In this document: positions 48,357 through 59,362 of the stretch, in pieces | How the letters are laid out: each line of letters opens with the position of its first letter | How positions within the stretch are numbered: the stretch's first letter is position 1 | Assembly (NCBI GenBank): GCA_013265495.1 | Contig: MU060965.1 | Location: 124,001-188,000 of the forward strand | Source of the DNA: Vicugna vicugna | Lineage: Eukaryota | Reading direction: 5' to 3' | Length of the DNA stretch: 64,000 bases | Position numbers and translations under genes: made by a program | Notes under the pieces: model-generated | The model's database searches: none | What the model saw: only the letters and a program-made list of their open reading frames with translations | What the model was told of the DNA's origin: nothing

Positions 48357-48530
48357 GTGGAGTACATCTTCACGGACAAGACCGGCACCCTCACCGAAAA
48401 CAACATGGAGTTCAAGGAGTGCTGCGTGGGGGGCCACGTGTACGTGCCGCACGCCGTCTGCAACGGGCAGGTGCTCCCCGACACCTCAGCCATCGACATG
48501 ATCGATGCCTCCCCGGGCGCCAGCGGGCGG
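48357..48530 (+). CDS. ATP11A: ATP11A exon 13 (174 nt): [58 protein letters not shown] (phosphorylated Asp, D414)
   Basis: DKTGT P-type ATPase signature; acceptor cacgtccacag, donor CGG|gtaggt. Confidence 0.97.
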
Positions 48531-48762
48531 GTAGGTGGTCGTGCCCTGGCAGTGCCACCCTGCCCCTGGGGCCCAGGTCACGGGGTAGAAAGGGGCACCT
48601 CCTGTCCTGGGATCTGGGACACACATGACCCCTTGGTGACTCGTGGGAGGAGGGCTGTCAGGGGCCACATCTGCACAGGCATCTCTGGGTGAATCCACTG
48701 GTCACATCAGAGCGGATGGTGGGCTGCGTAGAGGGACCCTCCAGACCGCGTGTACTCACAGT

Positions 48763-48817
48763 CACACACACACACACACGCGCACACACACGCACACACA
48801 CATACAGACACGCACGC
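48763..48817 (+). repeat. Interrupted (CA)n microsatellite running into the gap
   Basis: cacacacacacacacacgcgcacacacacgcacacacacatacagacacgcacgc. Confidence 0.95.
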
Positions 48818-48962
48818 NNNNNNNNNNNNNNNNNNNNNNNNNNNNNNNNNNNNNNNNNNNNNNNNNNNNNNNNNNNNNNNNNNNNNNNNNNNNNNNNNNN
48901 NNNNNNNNNNNNNNNNNNNNNNNNNNNNNNNNNNNNNNNNNNNNNNNNNNNNNNNNNNNNNN
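48818..48962. other. Assembly gap (145 N) in intron 13
   Basis: Run of n characters. Exons 13 and 14 join in frame, so no constitutive exon is missing. Confidence 0.99.
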
Positions 48963-49514
48963 TCGAGGGCTCACCCCCCCAGGGGGGCAATGACCCTTGT
49001 TGGCACTTGGCCAGGAGACTGTTCCAGAAGCTTCAGTGACCGCAGAGCCCGTGCGGGGCACCTGGGGGCTGAGGGTGGCCTGTCTTGGTGGGCCCTGCAG
49101 TGACGGCCTTTGGTGACCAAGGGCACCTTGTACTTCAGGTGCTTTCAGGACAGAAATGCCTTTTCACCCCCAAGGCTTAGTGGGGAGGGGCAGGTATTCT
49201 GTGCCTCGTGGGGCCTAGCGGCTGCCACAGCTCCGGCACCTGGCACATGAGCTGCCAGCCCCACCCTCCCAGGCCCCCTCAGCCGCGGTCGCACCCCAGG
49301 AGCCTGGGAAGGCTTCCGGAAACCCCAGGGTGCCCTTTTCTTGTGACCTTGAACCCGCCTCCTCCCCAAAGTTCACACCCATCTCCGTCCTGACCGAGGA
49401 CCGCAGAGCTGGACCTGCTCCTGCGTGCCCTGCGTCGCTGCCCCACCTCCCGTTTACTTTCCTGTTTTAAGCACGTGTGCCATAGAGACGTGAGTCTCCT
49501 GCTGCGTCTTTCAG

Positions 49515-49678
49515 GAGCAGGAGGAGCTGTTCTTCCGGGCCCTCTGTCTCTGCCACACCGTCCAGGTGAAGGAGGACGACGAGGTGGACGGGCTCAGAAA
49601 GTCGCCGGACGCAGGGAGACGCAGCGCGTACATCTCTTCCTCTCCTGACGAGGTGGCCCTGGTCGAAGGCGTCCAGAG
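49515..49678 (+). CDS. ATP11A: ATP11A exon 14 (164 nt): [54 protein letters not shown](R)
   Basis: Acceptor ctgcgtctttcag, donor AG|gtgcgt; LCHTV and SPDE.AL N-domain motifs. Confidence 0.96.
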
Positions 49679-51266
49679 GTGCGTCCCTGCAGGACTCTGG
49701 TCCCAGGCCCCTCCCGCCGGCCGTGGGCTCCCTTGGAAGCGCCCTGGGTCGGCCCTGCGCCTGCAGCTTCTGCTGAGGGACGGCCGAGCTGGCGCTGCCC
49801 TGTGCTCAGGGCCCGGGCCCTGCGTTGGCAGCGGTGGGCCCCTCCTGCCGTCTTGTCTGGGTGGCTTTCCCCCTAAATCTCTGATCAGAGGCCATTCCGG
49901 ATAGTCATGGGCTTTTGAAGATGCACAGTCTTCGAGTCCCTTCATGACGAGTCTTTCTCATCCGTCCCAGGGAACTGACGTCCAGAGACGTCGTGCAGCG
50001 TCCCCAGAGTCACACAGCACAGAAAGGCTCAGGCTAGGTGCTGGGGTTTTCCCACTGCCGCGTCCCTCGTACCCTCACGTTAACTCCACCTGCTGTCTGC
50101 CTCCTCTGAGATATTCTTCCTGGGAGTTCTTGCAGACTCACAACATGGGATTTTAAGCAAACACGTGGAAAGGTGCTTTCTTGCAGATCCGTGGCATACT
50201 TTCAAGGCGGGAGAACAGCTTCCGCCCCTGACTTAAGGCTGAAGGCGCAGGATTTACTGTCCAGCACGGGGAGCTAACTGCGCCCCGTAGCTCGTAGTGG
50301 CCCGTGGTGGGGTCTCATCTGCAGAGACCCACATCCCGACGCTGCACACCTGGAAGTAGCGCAGTGTCGCGGCCAGCTGTGCGTCAGTGAGCGGCGCTGA
50401 GGTGCTCCGTCAGAGGGTGTCAGGCACCTCGCACCTGCCTGGAGCCATGTTTCCGTTGTGAGCCAAGCCGCGTGTTCCTCCCGGGCAGTCTGGACAGTGG
50501 TGTCCGGTGTGTGAGTTGTGTCCCTGCAGACCTTCATCAGAGGCACAAGTTCACACGTACAGAGGTGGGATTTCTTAAAGCAAGGTGTATCTCTTCCGGG
50601 AAGCGAGGGCTCAGAAATCAAGGCGCGCTGGGTCGTGGCACTCGCCCTCCAGGAAGCCTTTCCTTCCGCCGCCAGCCCCCGGGCCGGGCGGACCCCGCCC
50701 CCGTTGTGTAAGCTCCTCGGGTCCAGAAGCCTGCCTCCGGTCCTCCGCCCGGCTTGTGCGCCCGTGTGAGAGCGCTCGCTCGAGCCGGTGGAGGCGGGGG
50801 CCTCTCGCATCAGGGGCCCTGTGGCCCGTGGCCGGCCCGGGCTGTAGTTCCCTCATCCGTGAAGGGACAGCGTCTGTCCGGGGATCGACAGACTCCCGGA
50901 GTCCTTCTGATTCTGACATCTCAGCCAGACTCTGAACAAGCCCCGCTCAGGAGGTAAACCTGGGTCCGCAGACAGGGACCAGCTTCAGACCTGCTGCGTG
51001 AACACCTGGAGTCGGAGGCCTGACCGTGTGCGTGCGCCGGAGGGTGGGGTGCATGGAAATCCTGTTGGCTCGTGCGCCGCTTTCGGAGACAGTGAATAAA
51101 TTCAGTGCGATTAGTTCTTGGCTTCACAGTGCAGGTTACAGCCTCTTTTTACTAGAAGCATTTCTTTTTCAGAAGGAAAATGTTCTCAAAGCATAAAGCA
51201 GAAGCACTCTGCGAGGGGAACATCGGAATTCCACGTTAACCCCCGGATTTGTCTTCTCATTCACAG

Positions 51267-51338
51267 GCTTGGTTTCACGTACCTGCGGCTGAAGGACAAT
51301 TACATGGAGATCTTGAACAGGGACAATGACGTTGAGAG
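51267..51338 (+). CDS. ATP11A: ATP11A exon 15 (72 nt): (R)LGFTYLRLKDNYMEILNRDNDVE(R)
   Basis: Acceptor ttgtcttctcattcacag, donor AG|gtgagg. Confidence 0.96.
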
Positions 51339-51775
51339 GTGAGGACACCGTGAAGTCGTGATCGCAGCTCACACACCTCACGGGGACCTGCAATGGAGGC
51401 GGGAAGGGTCACCTGTACAGGTTTCTGCTTGGAGAAAAGGCCAGCTTCCCTGTTCCCATCTCATAACCCGTCCTCCCTCCTTCTCAGTGACAACCCCGAG
51501 AATGTCACCAAAGCTCCCGGGGAGTTTAAGGATCAGGCGGTCAGAGAAGCCGCTGGACGGTGTTGCACCGTCAGACAGGCTTGGGCTAGGCCACCTGACG
51601 TCAGCTTGACTGCAGAGGCTCACGTAGCTGCTAGAGCGTCTGGACGCCTCCGGGGTCCCGTAGGCACACTGAGCTGTAGCCCGGGAGAGACAGCTGGACG
51701 GACATGGGACGTCTCACCTTCCATCGTGCCGCTTACCGCTTCTCGCCCTTGAAACACATTTTGAATCTTTTCCAG

Positions 51776-51849
51776 GTTTGAATTGCTGGAGATCCTGGGC
51801 TTTGACTCAGTGAGGAGGAGAATGAGTGTGATTGTCAGATCCGCTGCAG
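51776..51849 (+). CDS. ATP11A: ATP11A exon 16 (74 nt): (R)FELLEILGFDSVRRRMSVIVRSAA(G); absent from the supplied ORF track
   Basis: Acceptor ttgaatcttttccag, donor CAG|gtagac; FDS.R.RMSVIV motif. Confidence 0.96.
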
Positions 51850-51955
51850 GTAGACGCCCTCCCCTTCGGCGCCGCGAACGATGACGTTGTGGTTGTGCTT
51901 CATTCTGGTGCCTAACCCTGCAGGAGCCCCAAGGGTTTAGACGTCTTCCCCCCCC

Positions 51956-52510
51956 TTTTTAGACTGAAGTAGAGCTGGCTTGCAGCGCTGTGTTGCTTTC
52001 TGGTGGACGGCGTGTGACTCAGTCACACGTCTGCTCTTCCTCACGTTCTCTCCCGTGATGGGTTATCACAAGACGCTGAATGTGGTTCCCTGAGCTGCGC
52101 AGCAGGACCCTGCTGTCTGCTTTATAGACGGTGGTGTGTATCTGCCAGTCCCAGGCTCCCGATTGATCCCTGCCCCCTTTTCCCTTTGGTCACCTTAAGT
52201 TTGTTTTCTGTGCCTGTGAGTCTGTTTCTGTTTTTAAATTGTTCGTGTGTCCTTTTTTTTCATTCCAAAGATAAGTGATGTGTGGTATTTGTCCGTCTGT
52301 CCGCCTTACCTCACTTTGACGATCGCCAGGTCCACCCCTGTTGTCGCGCGTGGCGCGGTTTCATCCTCTCTCATGGCTGAGCAGTGTCGTTGTGCACACG
52401 CACCACGGCTTCTCCACCCAGCCCTCTGTGGTGGACGCCTGGGCTGCTTCCGCGTCCTGGCTGTTGTAAATACTGCTGCTGAGCACACCGGGGCACGTGT
52501 CTTTTGTTCC
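51956..52510 (-). mobile_element. L1 3' end (cetartiodactyl-type tail plus 3' UTR), intron 16
   Basis: ttttagactgaagtagagctg...ggttccctgagctg...ctttggtcaccttaagtttgttttctgtgcctgtgagtctgtttctg...ccaaagataagtgat...tctcatggctgagcagt...gggctgcttccgcgtcctggctgttgtaaatactgctgc. Confidence 0.85.
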
Positions 52511-55500
52511 CTCTTCCAAAGCATAGACAGACCCGCTGCAGTCACGCCTCCTCCACCCCCGCCCGCTCCCCCCGAGCCCTGCTCCTCGCCTGCAGCTCTA
52601 GGTGCAGCCACGGGGGACGCCCTCCTGCTCTCGTCAGCCAGGGAGCTGTGGCTCGTCCTCGGCCCTTGCCAGGCTGGAGACGCCCTGCGCGCGGACGCGC
52701 CTCTCGGCAGTGCGCGCTGCAGCCCTGCCACCGGTGCCCGGTGGACACAGCTGGGTTCAGTTCACTTGTCCAGTTTCAGAATGGCACCTGATCAGGACAC
52801 TCGGGGTCTTACTCCTTTTCGTTTCTTAAAGCCAGGCTGCATCGGGCTGTGTTTTTCCGTTTGGAAACTTGCCCGGTAAGCAGCCAAACGGAGCCGCCAC
52901 CCTGACACTGAACAGACTCAGCCCCACACGGGGACCCGGGGCGGCTTGGGGAGCACGAGGTCGGCCTGCCCTGAGGCTTGCACTGAGAGGACTCCATTCC
53001 AACAGGAAGTGGACAGAGTGAGCCCTTAACCTGGCCCTTTGCGTCCCTTTTGATGGGGCCGCAGATGCCTCACTCTGGCTTCTCAGCCGGCTGAGGCCAC
53101 CGTGAGGCCACCGAGGCTCCTCTGCCCGCGGCGCCGGGGAGTCACCCTGGAAGGAGGTGTGCTCCGTGGGCGGGGCCGCGGGCGTCTCTGAGCTGGTTCT
53201 CTGAGCCGCTGATGAGGTTATCGGCCGTGACAGCTCCGCGGATGAGACTTGCTCAAACGAGTGAGTGGAACTCAAAGTGCTTCGTGTCAGTGCCGCTGAG
53301 ACGCGTGGACGCAGGGATTTGACCGCTGGGCTCTTAAGGATGTGGAAGCACGCAGCCCAGGTGTTTGCAGACGAGTTCGCCTGTGCCGGCGCTGGCCTGC
53401 GCTCTCCTGGGAATTGAAGGCGCCGACACATTCGTCCGGGATGAAGGCACCAGGCTTGGAAATTACACCTGCAGTTTTTCTGCCGTGTGGCTTCCCCCGG
53501 CAGGCGTGTTCTGTGGGGGCCAACGTGCTGGGGAGAGTCGGTCAGCCCGCCGTCGGGGGCACGGCCTCCAGGAGCGGTGCCTCAGGCCCCATCTGGCCCC
53601 AGCCCGTCCCCAGACCTCCTGAGCTGCCTCGGACACCGAGCTGGTTCGGGGATGCGCCGTGGACTGTTCGAACACGACTGTGCTCACCAGCAAAGAGGGC
53701 GTGGCGAAGGCTTGCACAGGATCTGAGCCACCCGAAGGACGTGTGTCCATGGCCTTCACACCGTTGGAACAGCCCTTCCTCGCGGCGCCGTCCGCGCCCT
53801 CCTAGGGCAGCTCTGAGGGGCTTCGGGCCGACGGGGCCGAGGCTGGACCATCTGCACCAGCCGCTGCACCAGCTTGTTTCCAGGACGTTGAATGTTTCAT
53901 CAAACAAGCTGTTCTCTCAGAAGTAGCTCCTCCTCGGAGCTGACAGCCTGGACGGCGGGGGCGGACATCGGAGCCCAGCGGCCACTTAGCTGCAGGGGTC
54001 TGACCGAGGGCTCTGAGGGGCCCGGCGTCTCCTGTGTGGGTTGGTAACCTTCCCTTGTTGACGACAGTGGAAAAGCAGAGTCCACGGCTGGAGCCAGTGC
54101 CGTCTGCGCTTGTCCTTCGCAGGTTGAATTTTGCCTCATTCTCTGCATGTTTTTATGTCAGAGGTTCTCCTGGACACGTCCCTCATCTAAAGCGGTTCAG
54201 GGGAGGGGCAGGTTGAGGCAGCGGGACATTTCAGTCATTCACAAGCCATTTCCATGAGTCACTGTGATTCTTCTAGGTGAAATTATAGCCCAAGAGTGCA
54301 TCGTTACTCAGAGTTGTCTGGACCACACAACTTGTTCTGAACTGTGCCTGATGACGTACGAGCATAGCCTAGAAGTTACGGCTGGCGGTCGGGCTGGCTG
54401 GCACTCAACCTGAGAGGGGCCCGGGCTCCCCTGGGGTGGGCTCCCTGCTCCTGCAGATCCTGCTCAGCTCAGCACGCCGGCCGCGCCCCCACTCCCCTCC
54501 CAGCGCGGCCCCGGGTCTGCTCCGGGTCCTGCGTGCTTCCCAGCCGTGGGCTGGCGTTGCCCTGGGTTAACTGCAGGACTCGGGTGTGTCACGGAGGGTA
54601 GTTCTCTCTGGGACCAAGGACAACGCCAATGTGCCTCCTGATGCCGCCGCCAAGTTCCCAGGCCCTCGTCCTGGCTCCCTGTGTGGGCCGGCAGGTCTGG
54701 GCTCACCAACTGTCGCCCGCCAGCGCGCCCCCTCCCCACGCCCCCTCCGGGCACCCTCGCCGGGGAGCCGGCTACAGTGGAACAGTCCCGGCTCCTCCTG
54801 GTCCCCCTGGTTTGCTGCCTGAGGGCCGCCAGCGCCCAGGGTCTCCAGGGGGTGGTGATTTCTGTCTGAAGACAGATTAGGAAGAGACTCTGGGTCCCTC
54901 TGGCCCTGCAGCTGCCGGCAGGCGCATCACGCTGCTTCCACGAGTCATATGCCAACCCCGCAGCCGGCCAGATGCCCTGTGGTTTGCCAGCGGGAAGGCT
55001 CTTCGCAGGAGAGGAGGAGCCCAGGGCGTCGGCGCAGGTCCCTGCAGCCTCTTCATCCCCGTTCCGTCAGAGCCTAGATTTTCCAGACTCACCGGGAAGG
55101 AAGCCGACTCCCCTTGAGCGGGGAGCGCGCACGCAGCCCTAAGGCGTGTGAGGCGCAGAAATCGCAGGACGGATGCTTCCCGTCAGCTCCTGTGAACGCA
55201 GAGGACAACCCGATGTTCCCGCCCGGCGTCTCAGCAGATCCTTTCCTGGTTTGGGGTCGGTCGGCCAGGCCCTCTGTGTCCTCACCCCTCCCTGGTCCTG
55301 CAGCCTCACTCGCATCCTTGCTGGAGAGAAGGCAGAAGTGACAGGGTGACAGGAGGAGGGGCGCCGGGAGCCAGTTCCTGACGTTCCCTCGAGGTTCAGG
55401 GCTCGTCGGAGCGAGGCTCTGGGGTGACCCGTAGGTGTGATGCTTCCGACTTTGCGTGTTGACTGCTCTGTTGGCGTCTCCCTCATAACGGTCTCAGCAC

Positions 55501-55603
55501 TGATACCTTGGTTTTTGTTCTTTAACAAAAGCATAATTTGAAAAATAATTCATTCTCCCCCAGAGTGTGATTACATTAAACTCTTTTCCCCCTTGTTTTT
55601 TAG

Positions 55604-55707
55604 GAGAAATTTATCTGTTTTGCAAAGGAGCAGATTCTTCAATATTTCCGCGAGTGATAGAAGGCAAAGTGGAGCAGATCCGATCGCGAGTGGAGCACAA
55701 CGCGGTG
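55604..55707 (+). CDS. ATP11A: ATP11A exon 17 (104 nt): (G)EIYLFCKGADSSIFPRVIEGKVEQIRSRVEHNAV
   Basis: Acceptor ttccccccttgttttttag, donor GTG|gtgagc; KGADS motif. Confidence 0.97.
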
Positions 55708-55909
55708 GTGAGCGCGGCCGGGCGGCCTGGGGCCCTTCTTCCTCGCGGGGAGGGACGCTTCTGCCGGGCGGGCGGGCGTCAGGACGGGCGCCGCCTTCCG
55801 TGGACATTTGGCTTATTCCCGTCCTGCTGTGGGAGCTGGGTTGCCGTTGGGGCTCCAGGGTCAGGATGACAAGCACCTCGTGGGATGGCCTTTGCCCTGA
55901 GGGTTCCTG

Positions 55910-57900
55910 GTGACCGGCGCTCGCCCTTTACGCCGTGACTCCACCTGCTTGGTTTCCTTCTCGCGCTTCGTTCTGAAGCGCGCGCTCGGTCTGTCCCGGG
56001 TGCATCGTGTTCCTGCATCACCAGAGCTTCATGCCACTGCGTGGCTGAATCGCATTCCGTCGTGTGGACACTGTGTGTGTGCCACGCGGTTGTCCACCCT
56101 CGTTGAGGGACTCGGGCCGTGTCCACCTTTGGCCACTGGGAGTGACGCCCGTGCGCAGGTGCGCCTGTGTCCGAGTCCCTGACTTCCTTCGATCGTGTGC
56201 TGAGGAGTGGGACGGCTGGGTCACCTGGTGATTCTAACGTGTGTAGCTTTTCCAGGAGATGCCGGGCTGTTGCGTGGTGCCAGGCCGCAGTGGCTGCACC
56301 GTCCCCCAGCGGTGCACGAGGGTTTCAGTTTCTCTGCACCCTCACCGACACCTGCTGTTCCCCATTTGTGTTGTGACGGCCACCCTAGTAGGTGTGAGGC
56401 GGCACCTCGTGGGTGGTGGTGGCGTTTCCCTGATGACCGAGGACGCTGAGCAGCCTTCCCTGCGCACACTGACCGTTTGTGCATCTTCCCCGCAGGGGTG
56501 TTTGGTCGAGCTTTTTGCACATTTGTAAATCAGGGTTTTTTCCTTGTTGAATTGTAGGAGCTCTTTATAGACTGTGAATGCCAACACCGCATCAGATGTG
56601 TGATTTGCCCCATTTCCTCCCAGGCCGTAGGCTGCGCCGACGCTGCAGATCGCCCTGGGTCGTGCTGTCCCGGGAGTATGAGGTCTCGCAGGCCTGCACA
56701 CAGCACGCCTGTCCGCTGGCTTGGGTCTTCTGTGATTTCTTTCAGCAGAGTGTTGCCATTTTCGGTCTGCAGGTCTTCACCTCCCTGGTTTAATTCGTGC
56801 TTGGCTGCTCTGTTCTTTTTGGTGCCTTTGTGAGTGGAATTGTTTTCTTACCTTCCTTTTTGGATGGTTCAGTTAGTGTATAGGAACACAGCCATGTCTG
56901 TGTTGACCTGCCGTTCTGCGCGGCGTGGCTTCACACACAGTCTCCTGTACTGAACGCAGCCGTTCGTTCCAGCCGTGTGCGTGTGCGTGCGCGTGTGGTG
57001 TACCTGGAGTCGTCAGGGTTTCTACGTATAAGGTCGTGTCACCTGTGAGCAGAGGTGACTTCGTTTCTTCCTTTCTGCTTTGGACACCTTTGTTGTTCTT
57101 GCCTAACTGCCCTGGTGAAGATTTCAGCACCACGTTGAATACGGGCGGCAAAGGCAGGCGGGCTCGTCTGGATCCTGATCTCGAGGGAAAGCCTTCGGTC
57201 TCTCGCCACCGGGTGTGACGCTGGTCTGAGCCTTTCGTGTGTGGCTTTTATCAGGTTGAGCAAGTTCCTTCTGCTCCTAGTTTATTGAGTGGTTTTACCA
57301 TGAAAAGTTGTTGGGTTTTGTCAGTTTTGGTTTTTTTTTTTTTGCATCAACTGAAATGATCGTGGGAGACTTTCTCCTTGTTCTTTCGATGTCGGGTGTT
57401 CCTTCATTGACGGTCGTGCACTGAGCCGCCCTCGGATTTATGGGGTGAACCCCACTTGGCGGTGGTATGAAATCCTTTGGCTACGCTGTTGAATTCAGTT
57501 TACTGGTATTCAGTTGAGGATGTCCTTGTCTCTGTTCGTGAAGGACAGTGTTGTGCATTTTCTTTTCCTGCAGCGTGTCTGTCTGGCTCTGTCTGCACGG
57601 TGTCGGTTCACACGGTCTCCAGGGTTTTCGTAGCGCTTCGGAGGAACAGAGAGTGCATTTCTACCCCACGTTTCCACAAGGGGACGCCCGTATCCACTTG
57701 GGAGCACAGTCCCATTTCTGAAGGTTCTGCTGACTGCTGACCCCACGTCTCTGCTGCGACAGCTCTGAGTCACTGTCCTTTTCTGGTGCAGGTTTTCTGG
57801 TGTGAGAACAAAGCCGTACATCCCGTGTCTGTTGCTTCTTCGGGGAAGTCAGAGAACTTGTTCTGCGATTTGAGTTTAATGTCTCTAACTTGATCACGTG
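55910..57900 (-). mobile_element. Truncated L1 (3' UTR plus decayed ORF2/RT), ~2 kb, intron 17
   Basis: Minus-strand peptides PVFNVVL, RAVRQEQ and SRKEETKSPLLTGDTTLYVE echo L1 RT [41 protein letters not shown], with frameshifts; flanking DNA collinear with L1 3' end. Confidence 0.85.
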
Positions 57901-59180
57901 GGTGCTTCTGTACAGTTTGAACCGTTTACCGTTTCAGCAGAAGTTACTGAGTTATGACCATGTGCCAGGGACTCGGGGGCGACTTGAGACCCTGTGCCAG
58001 CAGCCTGAGCTCTGCCCCCCGGAGCAGCGGGCCATGGTGAGGAGGGGGGACAGAAAACCAGGAGGCAGCATAGGAGTGGGGAGAGGCCCTCGTGGGGCAC
58101 GGCATCCCTGAGCTTCCAGAGCTCAGGTTCGTGGAGAGAGACCGCGGGGCTGTGGGCTTGGCCCGCTCTGACCGGGAGGTGGTGTCTGGACGGTGGGGGG
58201 TAGAGAGGCTCCCGGGGGTCCCCCAGCCACAGATGCTGCTGCAGTCCGGCTCCTTCCCGGCTCGTGCCTCCTCCCCTCAGGCTCCTGGAAGCTCCGGGGA
58301 CAGCAGGAGCCGTTAACCCAGCCGTGGCCGTGTCCCTCGGCTGAGCTTGGAGGTCCGAGGTGGGTGGTAGGGGTGACGTGCTCCGAGAGGCAAAGGAGAT
58401 TAGCGTTCCTATCATGGAGAAGCTGCCTGAACTCTTGAGAACCAGTATTCTCCCAGAGTTCAGACTGACAACATAGGAGACCCTGGCTCATGCCCCAGGG
58501 TTGGTGGAGTCAGGCTGAAGAAACAGGGACGCAGAGGGGTCTCGCCCAGACGGTCAGTCAGGGCTCCGTGGCGGTGGCTTCATCCTGATCGGGAGGAACT
58601 GTCCGCTGATGGAGTGAAGGTGCCCCGTGCGGCCCCTCCGGGCTCCAGGGGGCCAGCGCCCCACGCCCCGCTGGCTGGCGGGCTGCATGCTCTGCGGTGA
58701 CACCCTGAACTGTGATCTCAGTAGAGGCTGAGCCCCTCTTAGGTTCTTATTTCACTCCCCTGTGAACCCATTCGGTGTGATAATGACCTCGTGGCTTTCC
58801 TTCCGTGGGCGCCAAACAAGGTCAAGCTTGCACAAACTTCCCACCTAGAACACGTCACTTTAAAGCTACCACTTGGCATTCACTCTAAATTGCAAACTGC
58901 TGTGCTCGAGAGGTTGACTTCTTCATTTGTCAAAATACGAGAACGAAGCCTTATCTTTCAAGGGCCCTGCTTTGTGCTATTTATTCCCATGCTCCCTGGT
59001 TTGAAAATTGTATAACCTGTGATGATTGTCTGTGCTTAACGTGGATGTGGGTGATTCCGTCGTAAATGACCAGCCTTGGGGTGGGCTGGTTTGTAGTCCT
59101 CGGCTTCATCACTCTAAGCGGAAGGGGGACGCGGAGGAAGCTGCTGACGGGGGTCAACGGTGCTACTCCGTGTCCTGCAG

Positions 59181-59362
59181 GAGGGGCTCCGGACCCTGTG
59201 TGTCGCCTACAGGAGGCTCACCCAGGAGGAGCACGAGGGCGTCTGCAAGCTGCTGCAGGCCGCGCGGGTGGCCCTTCAGGACCGGGAGAGGAAGTTAGCG
59301 GAAGCCTACGAGCAGATAGAGAAGGACCTCGTGCTGCTTGGCGCTACGGCCGTGGAGGACCG
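59181..59362 (+). CDS. ATP11A: ATP11A exon 18 (182 nt): EGLRTLCVAYRRLTQEEHEGVCKLLQAARVALQDRERKLAEAYEQIEKDLVLLGATAVED(R)
   Basis: Acceptor ctccgtgtcctgcag, donor CG|gtaagc; EGLRTL and LLGATAVED motifs. Confidence 0.97.

Noticed and set aside
48643-49103. ORFs spanning the N run, and TCGAG (XhoI-like end) at the gap edge
   Set aside because: Artefacts of translating Ns. A 5-mer match is unremarkable, and the gap is adequately explained by the adjacent (CA)n repeat.
56873-57263. Reverse-transcriptase-like peptides on the minus strand
   Set aside because: Frameshifted, with the catalytic FADD motif degraded (reads LTGD); a dead L1 fragment, not an active element or gene.
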